Source: Candidatus Beckwithbacteria bacterium GW2011_GWC1_49_16 (GTDB lineage: Bacteria > Patescibacteriota > Microgenomatia > UBA1400 > CG1-02-47-37). Taken from it: a stretch of 64,000 bases of DNA. Shown here piece by piece: positions 18,466-27,365 of the stretch. The position numbers were made by a program, and so were the translations under genes. The stretch's first letter is position 1; every line of letters begins with the position of its first letter. Below the pieces are notes generated by a model. That model saw only the letters and a program-made list of their open reading frames with translations. It was not told the origin of the DNA and did not search any database. The stretch spans positions 320,193 through 384,192 of the forward strand of contig CP011210.1 in assembly GCA_001029675.1 (NCBI GenBank), in the 5' to 3' direction.

Positions 18466-19201
18466 CTTCGGCAGGGGGCTGGGCTGAGTCGGTGGCGGTG
18501 GGAGCGTTGGTGGGGGTAAGAGAGGCGGGGTTGTTTTTGCCGGGGATGACCAGGATGGAGTTAACTTCGTCGATGCCCCCGTTTTGGTCTAGGACGACGA
18601 TGGCAAAAAGTGAATCGTCCAGAGCTAAATCTTCGACTGCGGGGTCTTCTAAGCCGGGAACGGTAAAGTCGGTCGAGGAAGAGATGGTTAAAGTTTTGCC
18701 GTCGAGGCTGACGGTGTTGCCGTCGATTTCTTCGATCTTGCCGGAGATTAGTTGCCTGGCCGGCGGGGTCTTGGGGGCGGTGACTTGAGAGACGCGTTGG
18801 GCTTCTAAGTAATCTTTCTCTGGGTAGACATAGCCCATGGCGATGAGAAAGTCGTCGGTGGCGATCTTGGCAAAGCTGCCGGGATTCCCGGCATAATCGG
18901 TGTCGTCATTGACCGTAATTTTATTGGTTTGAGATTTGTATTCCAGGGTAAAGCCGGAGTCGGTGATGTCGGTAACTTTGCCGACAAAAGCTTTTTTCTG
19001 AGGCAAGTTGGATTGGGCTTCGAGCTCCAGTTTAATTTGTTGAAGTCCGGTTTCGGCGGTTTGCTGGAGGCGCTCTTTAATTTTTTGGGTCAGCTCGTCG
19101 TCAGGAGAAGGGGATGTCCCCTGGGCTGAAACCCAATTGAAAATTGAAAATTGAAAATTGAAAATTAGAGCGACGACAATCGCCGTGACGAGTTTTTTCA
19201 T
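18455..19201 (-). CDS. Secreted hypothetical protein with two OB-like (DUF5666-like) repeats
   Basis: Signal peptide; repeated GKVTDI../GKIEEI.. beta-rich units; P/T/acidic tail. Confidence 0.6.
   Translation of the reverse strand: MKKLVTAIVVALIFNFQFSIFNWVSAQGTSPSPDDELTQKIKERLQQTAETGLQQIKLELEAQSNLPQKKAFVGKVTDITDSGFTLEYKSQTNKITVNDDTDYAGNPGSFAKIATDDFLIAMGYVYPEKDYLEAQRVSQVTAPKTPPARQLISGKIEEIDGNTVSLDGKTLTISSSTDFTVPGLEDPAVEDLALDDSLFAIVVLDQNGGIDEVNSILVIPGKNNPASLTPTNAPTATDSAQPPAEDDE
19135..19166. repeat. Heptamer tandem repeat (AATTGAA)x4.5 in a signal-peptide coding region
   Basis: Four exact AATTGAA units plus AATT; encodes IFNFQFSIFN. Confidence 0.9.
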
Positions 19202-19659
19202 TGATCCTGGCTTTCTTCAGTTTGAGGCGGGATAAGTTCGGTAGTGGAGTAGGTGATAATTAAGTTTTGGGTTTGGGTGGTGTTGGTTTCGTCAGAGGCG
19301 ACTATGGTTAACTCGTTGAAGCCTTTGATTAGGGTGACGTCGGTGGCAAAGATGCCCTCCTCGTCCGCCTGAAGCAAGACCTGGTCGGTCTCGGAGATGA
19401 CGGCGATAATCGCCCCCGGCCAAGCGATCCCGGAAAGGGTAATGTCACTTTGATTAACTAAATCGTTGGTTTGGTGTGAGGTAATGGTGAGGGTTTTTTG
19501 AGACAAATCTGAGGAGGGCGGCGGGGTGACGCTGATTTCTCCCTGGGATTGTTTTAACTTTTGCTGCTCTAATGATTTGTTGGCGGTGTAGATGCCGAAA
19601 GTGATGATCAGGCCTAAAATTAACCCGGAAACGACCGCGATTAGAACTTCCTTTTTCAT
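19198..19659 (-). CDS. Membrane-anchored protein with a C-terminal Ig-like domain
   Basis: MKKEV N-terminal TM; LTITS..ITLSG..G.F...VTL..G.N.LTIVASD beta-sandwich pattern. Confidence 0.65.
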   Translation of the reverse strand: MKKEVLIAVVSGLILGLIITFGIYTANKSLEQQKLKQSQGEISVTPPPSSDLSQKTLTITSHQTNDLVNQSDITLSGIAWPGAIIAVISETDQVLLQADEEGIFATDVTLIKGFNELTIVASDETNTTQTQNLIITYSTTELIPPQTEESQDQ

Positions 19660-19731
19660 ATGAGGTGCGGGCACTATAGCATCAGGGGAGATTGATTGTC
19701 AAGCAAAGCCGATTGTGTTACCATGAGGCCC

Positions 19732-20379
19732 ATGGATATAATCTATTTGGGACATTCTTGCTTCCTTTTAAACTACAAACAGGTAAAATTGGTGACCGAT
19801 CCTTTTGGGGAAGCCGTGGGGTTTAAACAGCGTCAGGCGGCGGCGGATATCGTGACTATTTCTCATAATCATCGAGACCACAGCGATTTAAGTCGCATCA
19901 AAGGAGGCGGGCCGAGAGTAATCAATGGCCCGGGCGAGTACGAGGTTTCCGGGGTGAGTATTATCGGGGTGGCTGCTTGGCACGATGACAAAAATGGAGA
20001 AAATAGGGGTAAAAATACCATTTACGTTATCGACATGGGCGACGTCAGGTTGTGTCATTTGGGAGATTTGGGGCATAAACTGACCGACAAGCAATTGGAT
20101 CTTATCGACGGAGTGGACGTTTTATTGATACCGGTCGGCGGGGAGGTAACTATTGGTCCAGCGGAGGCCAGCGACGTGGTCAAGCAGGTGAGTCCGGGAT
20201 TGGTGATACCGATGCACTATAAAACCCGCGAGCACGGCAATGCTTTTGCCAAGTTTTTCGGAGTGAAAGAGTTTTTAGATGAGGTGGGCGGCAGTTTTAA
20301 AAAGGCAAGTAAAATAAAATTGACTAAGACGGATGTACCGGAAGAAACAGAATTCGTGGTGATGGAGAGGAAGAGTTAA
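19732..20379 (+). CDS. MBL-fold metallohydrolase
   Basis: YLGHSCF, TDP, ISHNHRDH, HLGDLG, IPMHY. Confidence 0.9.
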   Translation: MDIIYLGHSCFLLNYKQVKLVTDPFGEAVGFKQRQAAADIVTISHNHRDHSDLSRIKGGGPRVINGPGEYEVSGVSIIGVAAWHDDKNGENRGKNTIYVIDMGDVRLCHLGDLGHKLTDKQLDLIDGVDVLLIPVGGEVTIGPAEASDVVKQVSPGLVIPMHYKTREHGNAFAKFFGVKEFLDEVGGSFKKASKIKLTKTDVPEETEFVVMERKS

Positions 20380-20401
20380 AAAAGCCTGCCAGAAAAAACT
20401 T

Positions 20402-21718
20402 ATGGCGAAAGCGCCGCGAGTACCACCTCACAGCGACGAGGCCGAGAAATCGGTTCTGGGAGCGGTGTTGATTGATAAAGACGCAGTGGTGGCGGTGGCC
20501 CAGTTTTTAAAGCCGAACCATTTTTACCGGGAGAGTCACGGCCGGATTTTTGAAGCGGTGTTGGCGCTTTATGAACAAAGGGAGCCGGTGGACGTGGTGA
20601 CGGTGTCGGAAAAGCTCAAAAAAGCCAAGAGTTTAAAGCAAGCCGGCGGAGCGGCGTATTTGACCGAGCTGGTCAACCAGGTGCCGACCAGCGCCCACGC
20701 AGAAAACTACGGCCGGATTGTCAAAGATTTGTCGACCAAAAGGGATCTTATTTCCGAAGCGTCTAAGCTGGTAGAAGCCTCTTTTGACGAGGTTCAGTCG
20801 ACAGAAGAGGTCTTAAATCAAGCAGAAAAGATTATTTTTGGCCTAAGCCAGGAGCGATTAACCCGCCATTTTGTGCCGGTCAAAGACGCTTTGGCCGAGT
20901 CGTTTGACAGGCTTGACGAGCTGCACAAGCAAGCCGGAGGTTTGCGGGGAGTGCCGTCGGGTTTTTCTGACCTGGACGACGTTTTGGCGGGGCTGCAGCA
21001 GAGCAACTTACTGATTCTGGCGGCGCGGCCGGGGATAGGCAAGACCAGCTTGGCTTTAAACATTGCCCAATACGCTACGGTAGAGGAGAAGATCCCGACA
21101 GGATTTTTTTCTTTGGAGATGAGCCAAGAGGAATTGGTGGATAGACTCTTGGTGGCCCAAGCCGACATTGACGCCTGGAGGCTTAAAACCGGCAAGTTGA
21201 ATGAAAAAGACTTTTCCCAGTTGTCCGACGCCATGGGGGAGCTGGCAGAGGCGCCGTTTTATATCGACGACACGCCGGGAATGAGCATCAACGAGATGCG
21301 CACCAAAGCCAGGAGGCTTCAGGTGGAGCAAGGGGTCAAACTTTTGGTGGTTGACTATTTACAGCTGGCCCACAGCCGCAATTTGGAAAATCGGGTCCAG
21401 GAGATTTCCGAGGTATCGATGGGTTTAAAAAACCTGGCCCGGGAGCTTAAAGTGCCGATTTTGGCAATCTCGCAGCTGTCGCGGGCGGTAGAGCATCGGG
21501 GAAGCAGGCGGCCACAGCTGGCAGATTTAAGAGAATCGGGAGGAATCGAGCAGGACGCCGACGTGGTGATGTTTCTTTACCGGGAAGACGAGGAAGACCT
21601 GGAAAATTTAAAGCTATATGTCGCCAAACACAGAAACGGGCCGCTATCGACGATTGATTTGAGATTCCGCGGCGACCGGATTAGGTTTTATGGGGTGGAA
21701 AAAAGAAGGCAGAAATGA
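20402..21718 (+). CDS. dnaB: Replicative DNA helicase
   Basis: PPHS.EAE.SVLG, AARPGIGKT, VDYLQL, SQLSR, DLRESGGIEQDAD, KHRNGP. Confidence 0.97.
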   Translation: MAKAPRVPPHSDEAEKSVLGAVLIDKDAVVAVAQFLKPNHFYRESHGRIFEAVLALYEQREPVDVVTVSEKLKKAKSLKQAGGAAYLTELVNQVPTSAHAENYGRIVKDLSTKRDLISEASKLVEASFDEVQSTEEVLNQAEKIIFGLSQERLTRHFVPVKDALAESFDRLDELHKQAGGLRGVPSGFSDLDDVLAGLQQSNLLILAARPGIGKTSLALNIAQYATVEEKIPTGFFSLEMSQEELVDRLLVAQADIDAWRLKTGKLNEKDFSQLSDAMGELAEAPFYIDDTPGMSINEMRTKARRLQVEQGVKLLVVDYLQLAHSRNLENRVQEISEVSMGLKNLARELKVPILAISQLSRAVEHRGSRRPQLADLRESGGIEQDADVVMFLYREDEEDLENLKLYVAKHRNGPLSTIDLRFRGDRIRFYGVEKRRQK

Positions 21719-21951
21719 TCACCATGTACACCACTTCCTGGTGCGGGGATTGTAAGCGCTCCAAGGCATTTTTGGACGAGAAAGGGGTGGACTATGACGA
21801 GGTGGATATTGAGAAAGACGCTAGGGCGGCCAAGTTTGTCGAAAAAGTCAACCACGGTAATAGGAGCGTGCCGACGATAGTCTTTGACGACGGTTCGACT
21901 CTGGTCGAGCCGACTAACGAGGAGCTTGAAAAGAAGTTGGGGTTAAGTTAG
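21715..21951 (+). CDS. Glutaredoxin-like protein (mycoredoxin/NrdH-like)
   Basis: MYTTSWCGDC, GNRSVPTIVF.DGS.L.EP. Confidence 0.9.
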   Translation: MITMYTTSWCGDCKRSKAFLDEKGVDYDEVDIEKDARAAKFVEKVNHGNRSVPTIVFDDGSTLVEPTNEELEKKLGLS

Positions 21952-22036
21952 TGCCAGGGGAGGGAATCGAACCCTCATGGGTCAATGGCCCACACGATTT
22001 TGAGTCGTGCTTGTCTACCGGTTCCAACACCCTGGC
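21952..22036 (-). tRNA. tRNA-Leu(CAA)
   Basis: GCCAGGG/CCCTGGC acceptor, CACGA-CTCAAAA-TCGTG anticodon arm, long variable arm, GGTTCGATTCC, A73, no encoded CCA. Confidence 0.95.
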
Positions 22037-22074
22037 TTATGTGTATAATTCTACCACAAAGAATTTTCCAAGTC

Positions 22075-22130
22075 TTGACAGGATTTAGTAATACTGATAG
22101 GATTAGTAATAATTAATAGTGATTATTACT
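22075..22130 (+). promoter_or_regulatory. Toxin-antitoxin promoter with operator inverted repeat
   Basis: TTGACA (22075-22080), 17 bp, TAGGAT (22098-22103); dyad AGTAATAAT (22105-22113)/ATTATTACT (22122-22130). Confidence 0.7.
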
Positions 22131-22135
22131 TTAAT

Positions 22136-22369
22136 ATGCAGGCAATAACTACAGTAACTCAAAAAGGCCAAATAACCTTGCCCAAGTCGTTGAGAGAATT
22201 GGTTAATATCGATTTGTTCGACAAAGTCATAGTGAAACTTGGCAAAGGATATTTGAGGGTAGAGCCGACAAAGGATATTTTAGATTTGGCAGGAAAGTAC
22301 CGGGCTAAAAAGGGTCAGTCAGCCTTGAAAGCTAGAGAATTGATGGAGAGAGAGTACACCAGGGTTTAA
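22136..22369 (+). CDS. AbrB/MazE-type antitoxin (VapB-like)
   Basis: TTVTQKGQITLPKSLRE swapped-hairpin motif; precedes a PIN gene. Confidence 0.9.
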   Translation: MQAITTVTQKGQITLPKSLRELVNIDLFDKVIVKLGKGYLRVEPTKDILDLAGKYRAKKGQSALKARELMEREYTRV

Positions 22370-22372
22370 GAA

Positions 22373-22789
22373 ATGAAACCTCATTTTATTGACGCGAATG
22401 TTTTTCTAAGGACAGTAGTAGTAGAAGACGATCAAGTGTCTCATGATTGTAAAAAATTTTTAGAAAAAGTAAAACTGAATAAAGTAAGAGGGTTAACATC
22501 AAGCGTAGTGGTGGCGGAAGTGGTTTGGGTACTTGCTTCTTACTATAAATTGACCAGGCCTAGCATCGCTGAAGTGGTCGAGGCTATCACCAGCTTAAGA
22601 GGATTAAAAATAGTCAGAACCGATAGTATTAAGCTAGCCGTGGATATTTACAGGGACTCGGGAGTTAAATACGTCGACGCTTTAATTGCGGCCACAGATA
22701 AAATTCAGGAAAAGAAATGGGTGGTGGTGTCTTACGATAAGGATTTTGATAAGTTGGGAGTGAGACGGGTGGAGCCGGGACAGATATGA
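22373..22789 (+). CDS. PIN-domain toxin (VapC-like)
   Basis: FIDANVFLR, VAE, YVDALIAA, SYDKDF acidic active-site residues. Confidence 0.9.
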   Translation: MKPHFIDANVFLRTVVVEDDQVSHDCKKFLEKVKLNKVRGLTSSVVVAEVVWVLASYYKLTRPSIAEVVEAITSLRGLKIVRTDSIKLAVDIYRDSGVKYVDALIAATDKIQEKKWVVVSYDKDFDKLGVRRVEPGQI

Positions 22790-23349
22790 TTAACGTCAAC
22801 CAATTGCGAAACGGCACGGCTTTTGAAGTGGAGGGAACGCCGTTTCTGGTGCTAAAGTACGAGTTTACCAAGATGGGCCGCGGCACCGGCAACATCAAAG
22901 TCAAGGTAAAAAATCTTAACACCGGGGCGGTGACCACCAAGACCTTTATTACCGGCAACAAGGTGGAAGAGATTAATTTGACCAGAAAAAAAATGCAGTT
23001 TTTGTACCAAGCGGGAGACCAAGCGGTGTTTATGGATGCTACCACTTTTGACCAGGTGGAACTGGAGGCGGAACTGATTAAGGAAGAGAGGGCCTATCTG
23101 ACAGAGGGCTTGGTAGTAGAAGTGTTGTTTTGGGAAGAGAAGCCGTTGTCGATTCAACTGCCGGTTAAAATCGAGTACGAGATCAAAGAAACCGGCCCGG
23201 GAGAGAAGGGCGATAGCGCTACTAACCTTTACAAGCCGGCCGTGCTCGCCAACGGCTTTAAAGTCAAGGTGCCGCTGTTTGTCAAAACCGGAGACAAAAT
23301 TAGGGTGGATACCAGGACAGGGGAGTACATTGAGAGAATTTCTAATTGA
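22786..23349 (+). CDS. efp: Elongation factor P
   Basis: LRNG, KMGRG loop, PGEKGDSA, KPA.L.NG..VKVPLF, VDTRTGEY..R. Confidence 0.96.
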   Translation: MINVNQLRNGTAFEVEGTPFLVLKYEFTKMGRGTGNIKVKVKNLNTGAVTTKTFITGNKVEEINLTRKKMQFLYQAGDQAVFMDATTFDQVELEAELIKEERAYLTEGLVVEVLFWEEKPLSIQLPVKIEYEIKETGPGEKGDSATNLYKPAVLANGFKVKVPLFVKTGDKIRVDTRTGEYIERISN

Positions 23350-23354
23350 CCTAA

Positions 23355-23792
23355 TTAACCTAATGACCAAATGACGATTATCGCCACGATGACAACCTGC
23401 CACACCAGGCCCCAGGGAAGATCGAGTTTATTATGGAGGCGGCTTTGGAGGCGTTTAACCCACGAAAAAGGGGGAAAGTTGGCGTCAAAAACGTGGTAGG
23501 GGGCCTCGATCCAATCGGGCAGCTGGGCGGTAAACATCATCAGTACCAGGTAAGCCAGGGGGACTTGGTCGGCGAAGATGATGTAACCTAAGCTCATGCC
23601 GGCGGCGGCGTCGGACAGGGAGAGAAAGATAATTTTTGCTTTACTCCTTTTGACTTTTCTGGTCCTAAAGTCCCAGTGGGGAGTAAGGTCGGCTAAAAAA
23701 TGAACTGCCAGGCTTGCCGGCAAGCCCAAATAGGGATTGGGGATGAGTTTGGCCAGTGAGGCGCCGATTAAAGCGTGTGAGGCGTCGAGCAT
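23355..23792 (-). CDS. Hypothetical membrane protein (putative metal-dependent hydrolase)
   Basis: H..IG, HFLAD..PH.D, LPD and H motifs among hydrophobic segments. Confidence 0.55.
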   Translation of the reverse strand: MLDASHALIGASLAKLIPNPYLGLPASLAVHFLADLTPHWDFRTRKVKRSKAKIIFLSLSDAAAGMSLGYIIFADQVPLAYLVLMMFTAQLPDWIEAPYHVFDANFPPFSWVKRLQSRLHNKLDLPWGLVWQVVIVAIIVIWSLG

Positions 23793-23843
23793 AAAGGTAA
23801 GTATATAGTATCCAGTGGTGGGTATCTAGTATACTAATAGAGT

Positions 23844-24701
23844 ATGTGGCCGACTTTAGTTGCCATCGGACCGCTGGCATTCCATTCGTTTGGAGTGGTT
23901 TTGGGGTTGGGGGTGTTTTGGGGCGGTTTTGTTTTGTGGCAGAAGGGTAGGGAAGAAGGGTTTGAAGAAGTGGCCTTGATGGATGGTTGGCTGGTGGCGG
24001 GAATAGTGGGTTTGATTACCGGCAGAATCGGCGAGGTGCTTTTAAACTGGGGAGAGTTTAGCGGCAGTATCTACCGGATGCTGTTTTTTACCAAGTTTCC
24101 TGGTCTCGCCTACGAGGGAGTACTTTTGGGGGCGGTAATTACCTTGGCGGTTTTTGGCTTAAAGCAAAAATGGAACGTCTGGCGCTTTTTGGAGACGGCG
24201 GTACCAGCGCTTTTGGTGGTGGAGATGGCCGGTTGGCTGGGAGCATTTCTTGCCGGAAGCAACCTAGGGAAAGTGACCGAGTTTGCCTGGGGAATAAATT
24301 TCCCCGGAGTGGAAGGCGCCAGGTTTCCGGTCCAGCTGGCGGCGGTTTTGCTTTTATATATCTGGTATAGGTTGATGGCCCACTGGGAAAAGGAATACCG
24401 TAGTTTTGGCTGGTACCAAACGGACAAGGGTGAGGCGAGGCCGGGGTTTATGGTGGCGGCCTATTTAGCCGGTTTGGGCGGGATCCGCTTGGGGTTAGGG
24501 TTTTTGGCGGTGGAGAGACACTGGCAGTTTGACTTGGGTCTGTTAATTTTTTCTGGATTGCTTTTAATTTGGCGATCGGGTATAACGATACATGTCAAAA
24601 CTCAAACTGAAAAACTCAAAGTCGCTGCTGATCAAGGGGTAAAACGAGACAGAAAACGGGAGAGGCAATTTAGAAAAAAGCAGGGATTTGATTTTAAATA
24701 G
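23844..24701 (+). CDS. lgt: Prolipoprotein diacylglyceryl transferase-like protein (degenerate motifs)
   Basis: M.P.L..IGP, G.I.GR, G..T...WG..FPG....RFPVQL; multi-TM. Confidence 0.7.
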   Translation: MWPTLVAIGPLAFHSFGVVLGLGVFWGGFVLWQKGREEGFEEVALMDGWLVAGIVGLITGRIGEVLLNWGEFSGSIYRMLFFTKFPGLAYEGVLLGAVITLAVFGLKQKWNVWRFLETAVPALLVVEMAGWLGAFLAGSNLGKVTEFAWGINFPGVEGARFPVQLAAVLLLYIWYRLMAHWEKEYRSFGWYQTDKGEARPGFMVAAYLAGLGGIRLGLGFLAVERHWQFDLGLLIFSGLLLIWRSGITIHVKTQTEKLKVAADQGVKRDRKRERQFRKKQGFDFK

Positions 24702-24709
24702 TAGGTTTT

Positions 24710-25087
24710 ATGAGCAAAATAAAATTTCCTTTGGCAGTCCTAAAACCGATTTTGGATCACTTGCATCTTGAAGAAAAAAAGCTGAAAAAGCGAAAGCAAG
24801 AGCTAAAGAAGGAAGATCCTTACGAAGACCAGGATCGAGTCAATGACAACGCCTCGATTGACACCGACGCGGCCGAGGAGGCCGGTCACGAACGGGTGAC
24901 GGCTTTAAAAAGCGAGATCGATCGGACGCTAATTCGGGTGAGAAAGACTTTAACCAGAATAAACTTGGGCAGATACGGCCAGTGTGAGTCTTGCGGCAAG
25001 ATGATTGATACCGATAGGTTGGCGGTGGACCCGACGGCAAGCCTGTGTATTGATTGTGCCAAAAAACTTCCAAACAAGAAGCAGTGA
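24710..25087 (+). CDS. TraR/DksA C4-type zinc finger protein
   Basis: Coiled coil plus YG.CESCG..I...RL...P.A.LCIDC. Confidence 0.9.
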   Translation: MSKIKFPLAVLKPILDHLHLEEKKLKKRKQELKKEDPYEDQDRVNDNASIDTDAAEEAGHERVTALKSEIDRTLIRVRKTLTRINLGRYGQCESCGKMIDTDRLAVDPTASLCIDCAKKLPNKKQ

Positions 25088-25803
25088 GTATTGTCTTTAG
25101 GCCAAAAGTGGTTTACGAGGACGGGCAGATTTTAGTGGTCGATAAGCCCTCGGGTTTAGTAGTGGACGAGTCGGCCACAAGCGGGGGCAGACCGACACTT
25201 GAAGCCTGGCTTGAGAGTAGGGGAATTAAGGCGGAAAGGAAGGGGATCGTTCACCGGCTGGACAAGGAGACCAGCGGGGTGTTGGCGGTGGGGAAAACCG
25301 GTAAGGCAGTGAGAAAGCTTAAAGAGCAGTTTAAAAAGCGGCGGGTTAAGAAAACCTATTTGACTTTGGTTCACGGTCAAACACTCAAAGAGGGGAGGGT
25401 AACGGCGCCGATAAAAAGAAGCCCGTTTAGTCGGCAAAAGTTTGGTGTCTTTGTCGGAGGAAGAAGAGCGGAGACTGGTTTTGTTCGGGTTGGCAGTTAT
25501 GTTTTGAAGTCAGGCAGAGGAGAAGAGAAGTTTTCTTTGCTTCGGGTTTATCCCAAGACGGGGCGGACTCACCAGATCCGGGTGCACTTGAAATTTTTGG
25601 GTCATCCGTTGGTTTCCGACACCAAGTACGGCGGCAGAAAAAGCGTCAAAAAAGATTTAAGCTGGTGCCCGAGGTTGTTTCTGCACGCGGAAAGGCTTGA
25701 GTTTAACCACCCGGAAAGCGGTAAGAGAATGGAATTTAGAGTTGAATTATCTAACGACCTTAAGGAGGCGGTAGAAAAATGCCTAAGAGAAGAAAATCAC
25801 TAA
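25084..25803 (+). CDS. RluA/RluD-family pseudouridine synthase
   Basis: VYED..ILVVDKPSG, HRLDKETSG, TGRTHQIRVH, FLHA; GTG start overlaps the upstream stop. Confidence 0.93.
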   Translation: MSIVFRPKVVYEDGQILVVDKPSGLVVDESATSGGRPTLEAWLESRGIKAERKGIVHRLDKETSGVLAVGKTGKAVRKLKEQFKKRRVKKTYLTLVHGQTLKEGRVTAPIKRSPFSRQKFGVFVGGRRAETGFVRVGSYVLKSGRGEEKFSLLRVYPKTGRTHQIRVHLKFLGHPLVSDTKYGGRKSVKKDLSWCPRLFLHAERLEFNHPESGKRMEFRVELSNDLKEAVEKCLREENH

Positions 25804-26633
25804 GCCTGTCAGTTTTTTGGGGGTTGGTTTTTTTGGTGTCGTTGGCAGGGTTGCTGGGATTAAGTTTTCTTATCAAGCTGAAAAAAAATAGCCTGTGGGA
25901 TGGGCGGCTGCCGATGAGCGTGGTGGAAAGCCAAGGGGAGCAGTTGTGGCTCAAAAGTTTTTTTCCGGAAGAAAACCGCTGGCTGGAGCTTAAACTACCG
26001 GGCAACACCCTGGTAGAGGTGCCCGGAGGCTTCGGCCAATATCAGTTGAGAAGCGTTTATAAATTAGGCGAGCTCGACGGAAGAGGGGGGCAACTTTTAG
26101 CCCGGTCGGTACAGGATTTGTTGGCGGTGCCGGTGGACGGCTGGCGGGTGGAAGGAAAAACCAACCTTAGTTGGTGGGACAGGTTGAGGCTGTGGTGGCA
26201 AGGAAATTTAAACGGCAGTCGAAAAAAAGAGATCAACTTGGGGCAGCTTGCGTCTTTTCAGCCGCTTGAGCTTAAAGACGGTAGTCGAATCTATCGGGTA
26301 AGCCAGATTTTGGTGGACGATCTAGTTAACCGGGAGTACTTTGACGATAGACTGGCTGAGGAAAACCTGACGGTGGCGATATTAAACGGCAGCGGGGTGA
26401 CTGGTATGGCTAAAACGGTGTCGCGTCTGGCGGCCAATTTAGGGGCGGAAGTGGTGAGCATCAAAAACTATCAGTCTATAGGAACCTCGATGCTGGTAGT
26501 GGCTGAAACGGGAGTGGTAGAGAGTCGAACTTACCAGAGGCTCTCCCAAGCCCTGGGGATAGCTAAAGTCGAAATCAGGCCGGGGAATGAGTTTAGGGCA
26601 GATTTGGCGGTAGTGGTGGGTGAGGATTTTTGA
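25779..26633 (+). CDS. Membrane-anchored LytR C-terminal domain protein (LCP-like)
   Basis: N-terminal TM; VAILNGSGVTGMA...DLAVVVGEDF LytR_C pattern. Confidence 0.75.
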   Translation: MPKRRKSLSLSVFWGLVFLVSLAGLLGLSFLIKLKKNSLWDGRLPMSVVESQGEQLWLKSFFPEENRWLELKLPGNTLVEVPGGFGQYQLRSVYKLGELDGRGGQLLARSVQDLLAVPVDGWRVEGKTNLSWWDRLRLWWQGNLNGSRKKEINLGQLASFQPLELKDGSRIYRVSQILVDDLVNREYFDDRLAEENLTVAILNGSGVTGMAKTVSRLAANLGAEVVSIKNYQSIGTSMLVVAETGVVESRTYQRLSQALGIAKVEIRPGNEFRADLAVVVGEDF

Positions 26634-26657
26634 GCTTCAAGGTGATAAAATCTCTCT

Positions 26658-27365
26658 ATGTCAGGACATAGCAAGTGGGCGACGATAAAACACCAGAAAG
26701 GAGTGGCCGACGCGAGACGCGGCCAGTTGTTTACTAAGCTGGCGCGGGCGATTACCGTGGCGGCCAAAGACGGGGAGGACTCGGACTCAAACTTTAAGCT
26801 GAGGTTGGCGATGGATAAAGCCAGAGAGGCTAACATGCCCAAGGAAAATATTAAGCGGGCGATAGAAAAGGGGAGTGGGTCGGGCGGCGGCGGAGAGCTG
26901 ACAGAGGTGATTTATGAAGGTTATGGTCAGGAAAAAGTGGCGGTAATGGTCGAGGTGGTAACCGATAACAAAAACCGAACCGTGTCTGAGCTTAAAAAGA
27001 TATTTGAGATGAGTGGGGGAAACTTAGGTGAGCCTGGGTCGGTGGCTTTTCAGTTTAAAAGGAAGGGGAGGATAGAAGTAGAAGGCGGCGGTGAGGCAGA
27101 AATGCTTAAGCTTATCGATCTGGGGGTCGAGGAGGTGGAGCCGGTTGAAGGGGGGTTGGAGGTGGCGGTGGAGGCGGAGAAATTGACGGAGTCTAAGGGG
27201 AGAATCGAGGCGGCGGGGTTTAAGGTAAAGCTGGCAGAACTTATTTATGCGCCGCTTTCCTTGTTGCCGGTGGAGGATAAGGTCAAAGAGAGGGTGAAGG
27301 GTTTTTTGGCTAAACTGGTTGACCACGACGACGTCCAAAACGTATACACAAACGCCGACCTATGA
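26658..27365 (+). CDS. yebC: YebC/PmpR family protein
   Basis: MSGHSKWATIKH.K, YEGYG, TDNKNRT, DDVQNVYTN. Confidence 0.96.
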   Translation: MSGHSKWATIKHQKGVADARRGQLFTKLARAITVAAKDGEDSDSNFKLRLAMDKAREANMPKENIKRAIEKGSGSGGGGELTEVIYEGYGQEKVAVMVEVVTDNKNRTVSELKKIFEMSGGNLGEPGSVAFQFKRKGRIEVEGGGEAEMLKLIDLGVEEVEPVEGGLEVAVEAEKLTESKGRIEAAGFKVKLAELIYAPLSLLPVEDKVKERVKGFLAKLVDHDDVQNVYTNADL

